In this document: one piece after another, positions 58,663-64,000 of the stretch
How positions within the stretch are numbered: the first letter of the stretch is position 1
Layout of the letters: each line of letters begins with the position of its first letter
Assembly (NCBI RefSeq): GCF_009834535.1
Contig: NC_045696.1
Coordinates: 49,540,001-49,604,000, forward strand
From: Camelus ferus
Taxonomy: Eukaryota
Direction: 5' to 3'
DNA length: 64,000 bases
Notes under the pieces: generated by a model
What the model was told of the DNA's origin: nothing
What the model saw: only the letters and a program-made list of their open reading frames with translations
Databases searched by the model: none
Made by a program: the position numbers and the translations under genes

Positions 58663-61496
58663 CTTAATTTTTTAATTTAACTTAATATTGAGTTTGTTGA
58701 TCTTGGCTAGAGGTCTGAAGGGTTTCCTGTTAGGATGGCCCCTGGGCAGTGAAGTAAGTGAGAGGAGGGCACATTTATTTGTCCCTCCTCAGAGGGCCAT
58801 TTGGATAAAATTACAGAGCTTTTCATTGCATTTTTCCCAAATGAGACTTTTTCAAAACTTAAGTCCAAGGGAAGAAAGCCTGTTTCATGTGCTGAAGGTC
58901 AGGATCTCCCCAACGTCATATGATGTTGAATGTAATATGGGAACGGGGTCTCCGAGTTCCGTTGGGGCATCGAGTGACCCCTCGTTGGCCCAGTTCCCCA
59001 TTGTCTTCCAGGATGTTGTGTTTGAGCCAGAGAGAAGGTTGAAGCAGAAGGGGATTCCTGGTCAAAAGAATGGCTCGTGGCAGGGGTGGACTGCCCTGGG
59101 GGGGTGGCTCTACCTCCAACCTGGGGCTCTGAGCAGGGAAGGGACCAAGCACTAGTTCTCTCTAGGCGTGCGGGTTGTCACCACTTCTCGGAGAGAGTAA
59201 GACATATTTATCACCAAGGTATTTCAGCCACAAGCTTGTTCTTGCAGGGCTTGTGCTTGGGAGCTGGTCGCCTTCTTTCTTTAGATGAACAGTGTATACT
59301 GTCCTCGGTATCAGGAATGCGTTTCCTAGTTTTAAAACATTGATTCCTCTCTATTTCTTTTGGCCCCTTCTTTAAAGTGAAAGAAACAATGATAGCACAT
59401 CGTTTCAAGGAGGGGCCCAACAAGAGATAGACGTGCATGGCTGTTGCATGCCAGCTTTCTTTGATTTAATTCTGTAGCTTTTCCCCAGATGGCTGCCAGG
59501 CCAGCGCCTGCTTCATTTTGGCAAAGTCCTCTTTGGAGTGGGAACTTCAAGCCGGATCTTGGAACTGCATCTCGTTGTTGTCTGCCTGGGACTCGGGTCT
59601 GCCCTGTGGGACACAACCCTAATGGAAGGCACCTTGTCCCTGACAGCGGGGAGGCAGACACAGGATGCAGGGGAAAGTGCAATGGGTTTAAGGAGGAAGC
59701 TCCAAGTGGGCTGGGAGCCATGCTGTAACTCCTTGAAAACAAGACTACCTCGGGGATCTTTAGGCTGACTGTGTGTCATCAAGTGAGAAATACGCAGTGT
59801 GGGAGTATTTCCAGTTCATGTCTTGACTGTTCTACTTTCTGCAGGTTGTTTTGAGCCTACTAATCACTGCAGAAGGGCTTTGAAACTCAAGAGGGGATTT
59901 TTTTTATCTATTATTGATAAGAGGTGCTTATCTATAAAAAGCCCTCTTGTGTTTTGTCTTATTTATTTATTTATTCATTCATTTATTTATAGATTAAGTA
60001 TCTTCCATGCTTCTTACTTCAAGAGCACTCACAAGGGAGCTCCCTCACCCAGGCCAGATGCCGCCCCGGTCCTCCCCCCTCAACAGGACCACGCGTCTCA
60101 GGACCGGGAGAGACCTCTGCCTCGCTGTGGGTGCTGCAGACTTCCTCGCTCCCCCGGCCATGCCGGGGACAGTGTGCACGTGGGGGGGGGGGGTCCAGAT
60201 CTGAGAGGCCGCGGCCAAGCCATGCACTGTAACAGAAGACCGAATGGGTCATGAAGGGCTCTCAGGTCCCAAGGTAAACCCTCTGGAAGAGGGTTGAAAG
60301 GAAAGGCGCTAGAAAGAAAACTGGGCATTGTGAGTGTGTGCACTTTGATGTGCCTCAGAACTCTCTGAGAACCCCGAAGCCGGTGTCAGCTTCTGGATTC
60401 TTAAGGAGGAAAGAGAACATGGGACCCAAATGGATGTGTGCATTCGTACAGACGGTTGGACCATCCCCCCAGTCGCTTCCCACTCCTGTTCTCTGCCGCT
60501 CCGTAGCTGGATTTTGCACGTTGCCTGCAGTGGGGGATGTCTTAGCCGAGCTGCTAGGAGCACAGGCACACCCCCCTGCTGGGTCTGCCAGCCTTTGCTT
60601 TGCTTAAAGTAATTTAAGCCCCGACCTTTAGCTGCCGCACCTTGAGGTCACAGCAAAAACGACTCTGGGGAGATCTGGTTTGACTCTTCCTTTCCTTATA
60701 TTTGAATCCCTCTCCAGAGAAGTTTCTGGGATTCCACTGTCAAATTTGTAGGGTCTTCTCTGCAAAGGAGTGAGAACGTGAGTGCCCTCACTTTCTTAAT
60801 TTTCCTTCAATTCTGATATTAAACTCCAGTGACGAGCTCTGAACTTCCCTGGCTGACCCTCAGGGTTTTCTTTGTCATTTCCTTTTGGTCTTGATTTTGG
60901 TCAATTGCTAAGGACTAGACCATTTCCCCTCTTTTAACCCTTTGTTACTTGGCAAAGAGATAAGGAGGCAAGAGGAGAATTCTTCTGCTCTGTTTTATTG
61001 GAGCCTCAGCTTTGTCCAGGTGCTTGCTTGGTGCTATGGCCAGGTGTATTGACAGGTATCCTCAAAGGATGCCAGTGACACCCAAGGGCTGCTGACTGTT
61101 CAGTGAAATGTTTACTTGATTTTCTCCTTTAGTTTTAATATATGTAGTTGCCCTTCACTTGGGTTGTAACATTTAAGCGTGCACGGTAAGAGGAAAGTCG
61201 CCAAGCACAGGCAACGGTACCAAGGTCACACGCGTGGAGCCCTGCTCTGCGTGGAAGATGCCAGCACTCACTCCTTCGTGCTGCGTTAGGATGCCAGCCT
61301 GGTTTGCCTCTGGAAGTTCTGCGCAGGAGTTCTGGGAGATAGGAGGATTCTTTGCAGTTCACCCTTGAGAAACACCCTTGAATTGGCGGACTCTCTGCCC
61401 CAAGACCGAGTTGCTTCACATATTGTAAAGGATGTGTGTGTGTTCTGCTCCTTGACCTCAGGCCAAGCAGGAGACTCGGTGATGGGACAGAAGGAA

Positions 61497-61542
61497 AATA
61501 AACTTTAGGTCTATGACTCATTCTGCAACTGCCAACAATAAA
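61497..61542 (+). terminator. Candidate PLCXD2 poly(A) signals (AATAAA at 61497-61502 and 61537-61542)
   Basis: First canonical AATAAA hexamers I found after the stop, about 2.8 kb downstream. The true 3' end may lie further on or outside the window. Confidence 0.3.
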
Positions 61543-62220
61543 AATCGTGACCTAACTACATCACTTACTCTCACAAGTTCTGGAACCTTTCAGATGAAAC
61601 AGGGCTATCATATTTGCTCAGAATTAACTTCAAGATCAGCTAAAAAGCAACTTATTGAGCCAAAGAGGACTTCAGTTTCACAGGATTTGGGGCTGCGTTT
61701 ATTCTGAAACGTAGACTGAATTTTGCATGGGCTCCCTGGACCGCTTCCCACGTGGCCACACTCCCATGGCTTTGTGGCCAAGGGGACAATCACAGGTTGC
61801 AGTTGGAGTAGAGCAGTGTTTAAAGCCTTGAACTCTGAGCCTATTAGAAGTACCACTGTGGTTTTGTGGGTACAGAAAATATTCTTAGCTTTAGAGAGAG
61901 AGGTCAAGATGGAATTGATGGAAGGGAATGACACATTATTGGCGATTAAATTTTAAATTAATGGTGGATCTAAGAGGGTTATGCCAAAAAATATTACATA
62001 TTTGCTGTATTAGACGCTTTAGTAATTAAGTTTAATTATTTTCCTTAGCAGGGAGTCCAGACTCCTGAGTTCTTGAGAATAGTTAAGCCACAGTCCAAAC
62101 CCAGTATTTTATATAAACTTAAAGAAAAGCACAAGATCTGAGCCCAGTTAATGATCACTCTTAAGAAGCCTGCTTATTCTAGCATGACCTTATATACACA
62201 TCAGAAAGTTGATCTTTCTG

Positions 62221-62308
62221 AGGGGAGGGTCATAGCTGAGGGGTAGGGCGCAAGCTTAGCATGCATGAGGTCCTAGGTTCAAACCCTGGCACCTCCAACT
62301 GAAAAAAG
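62221..62308 (+). mobile_element. Short tRNA-Ala-derived SINE copy with 14-bp TSD
   Basis: 'ggggagggtcatagctgaggggtagggcgcaagcttagcatgcatgaggtcctaggttcaaaccctggcacctcca'. TSD AGTTGATCTTTCTG at 62207-62220 and 62309-62322. Confidence 0.88.
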
Positions 62309-64000
62309 AGTTGATCTTTCTGCTCAAGAAAATGCAGTGCAACAGTCTAGAGTTAAATGCAGTTCTGAGGTGTGTCAGGACCTCCTACTTCTGTCTTTCT
62401 GAATCTTACCGTAAGAAAATGCTTCCCACAGAGACATTATTACAGCCCAGCTAGGAAGGTTAGCACAAAACTGAAGGTGGGGAAACAGAGGAGGTTAAGA
62501 CTGAGATTAAACTGCTGCTTTTCCTGGGAAGCAAAAGCACTACACAAATCCAGGCCATCTTACAGAGATAGTTCATGCCACAGCTCAAGTGTTTGTAACG
62601 TTCTTTATTGGGTGGTTACAGGTGTTTAGTGTTAGGTTCTGGGAAACAGAACGGGCTAATGATCCGGGCACAACCACGAGCCTCCCCTCCCTTGGCTGAG
62701 CAAAGAGCCAACCTGTGTGAATCTGCCTTGGTTCTTCCATCCGGACTGTGTTTGACAAACCACAGTTGACTAGCTCCCCAAAATATCAGGTTCCTAATAA
62801 TTCGGTTAAATGCCTGTGCTCAGGGAGTGTACGGTCGTGGCCTCTTCCTTGTGTGGCATGTGGGGAGAGACGCTACCTGGGCTCATTTCTCATGTGTGAC
62901 TTAGGGTGACAGGCCTTGTCCATCTGTGGCACCTTTAGTGATCGGTCAGATGAGATGAGTAGGGCTGAGAGAAATATCTGACCTAGCGAGGCGGCCCTTC
63001 CCAAATAATCACATGATATCAAAAGGAAATGAGTAGAAATTGATAAAATGTCCAAACTGACGGGAAGTTTATTTTGTACAGAACCTGGCTGTCCACTAAA
63101 TTCCACTACCGTCCCTGCACATCTTGGTCCTCTGCCTCAGTTTGCTTCCTAGTGTCTGCCACCAGGGCTCCGTCACTCACGCATGTTGCCTTGGGACACA
63201 CAGGAGTGAACTGATTGGGTGATAAGTGGTTTAGCTGGAAACTTTACCCTTAATTCCAAATGATACTGAACAGCTCTTTACTGCTCTGAGAGATCCACTA
63301 TCTCTTATCCTCCAGCTTCCCCAGCTTCCTACTAGAAATAGTGCCACTGACGGCATCATATCCCTGAATCGGCCCTAAACCTGAACAGTATAGTACAAAT
63401 GCTGTCAATGATAAATTAGCACAATGTCAGACACTGTAAAAATACTCTGACTCTTCTATCCTGCAGTGGATATAGTGTTCCAGTCTTTGCTCCAGCAAAA
63501 CTTATTCTTAGGGCTTTTCAAACTTGTTTCTAAGCTGCATAGTTTTGATAAAATATCTCCCTTCTCATCACTGGGAACTGAGTCCCACATTCTACTGAGG
63601 CCCCATCAGTGTCTAGAGGCATTTTCTGTCTATTTCCCTCTCTTCTTCTTCCTAGGATACCCCTTCCTCCTCGTGTCTCCTGGCCATCCTCTGACATCTG
63701 CTGATTACTGTTAACCACAGGATGCTGACAAAACTTAACAGTAAAAAAGCACATACAGTCAATGATGTGCGGGTACACTCTTATCACAGTGGTTTTTATA
63801 TCTCATTCCCCTCGAATGCATCATCCTGCACCCCCACTCCCACCCCCACCCCCGTCACTAGAACTATACTTGATTGGAGCCCAGAACTGGGGGGCCAGTA
63901 CTTCATTCACAAGCTCTGAGCCCAATGAGAAGCACAGCACTTTGAAAAGTCAAGTAGGCCTTCAGTAGCTTTGTACATTTGCAGTGTTACATCTGTTACT

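Noticed and set aside
58688..60254. ORFs of 130-155 aa downstream of the PLCXD2 stop
   Set aside because: Non-ATG starts, no recognisable homology, and located in the inferred 3' UTR; consistent with chance.
60570..60585. CTCF-like CCCAGCAGGGGGGTG on the minus strand
   Set aside because: Lacks the highly conserved C of GGC in the core; too weak to call.
1..64000. A previously undescribed multi-gene system
   Set aside because: All convincing coding sequence belongs to CD96 and PLCXD2 in their known syntenic order. The rest is explained by ordinary mammalian repeats and non-coding DNA, as far as can be judged without searches.

Overview
Mammalian genomic DNA, probably camelid: it carries tRNA-Ala-derived Vic-1-like SINEs and a matching young L1 family. 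Two + strand genes are present. The first is the last coding exon of CD96 (1362-1470), encoding a Pro-rich tail, the ITIM IKYTCI, and CHEM where I recall human having YHEM. The second is the complete four-exon coding sequence of PLCXD2 (18145-18307, 46607-47067, 52189-52430, 58503-58662; 1026 nt, 341 aa). All its introns are GT-AG and phase-consistent, catalytic His57/His132 are intact, and a CpG-island promoter with CCAAT and GC boxes lies upstream. The rest is intronic or intergenic DNA rich in L1, L2, MIR, MaLR/ERVL LTRs, hAT MITEs and microsatellites. Nearly all ORFs in the supplied track are spurious. I found no evidence of a novel biological system. The best leads are regulatory hypotheses: uORFs plus two in-frame starts controlling a basic N-terminal leader, a candidate intronic poly(A) isoform after exon 3 next to an L1 tail, an oriented set of CTCF motifs, and a CpG-rich element in intron 1. 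Gene and repeat identities were recognised from memory, not by database search, and repeat boundaries are approximate unless TSDs are given.
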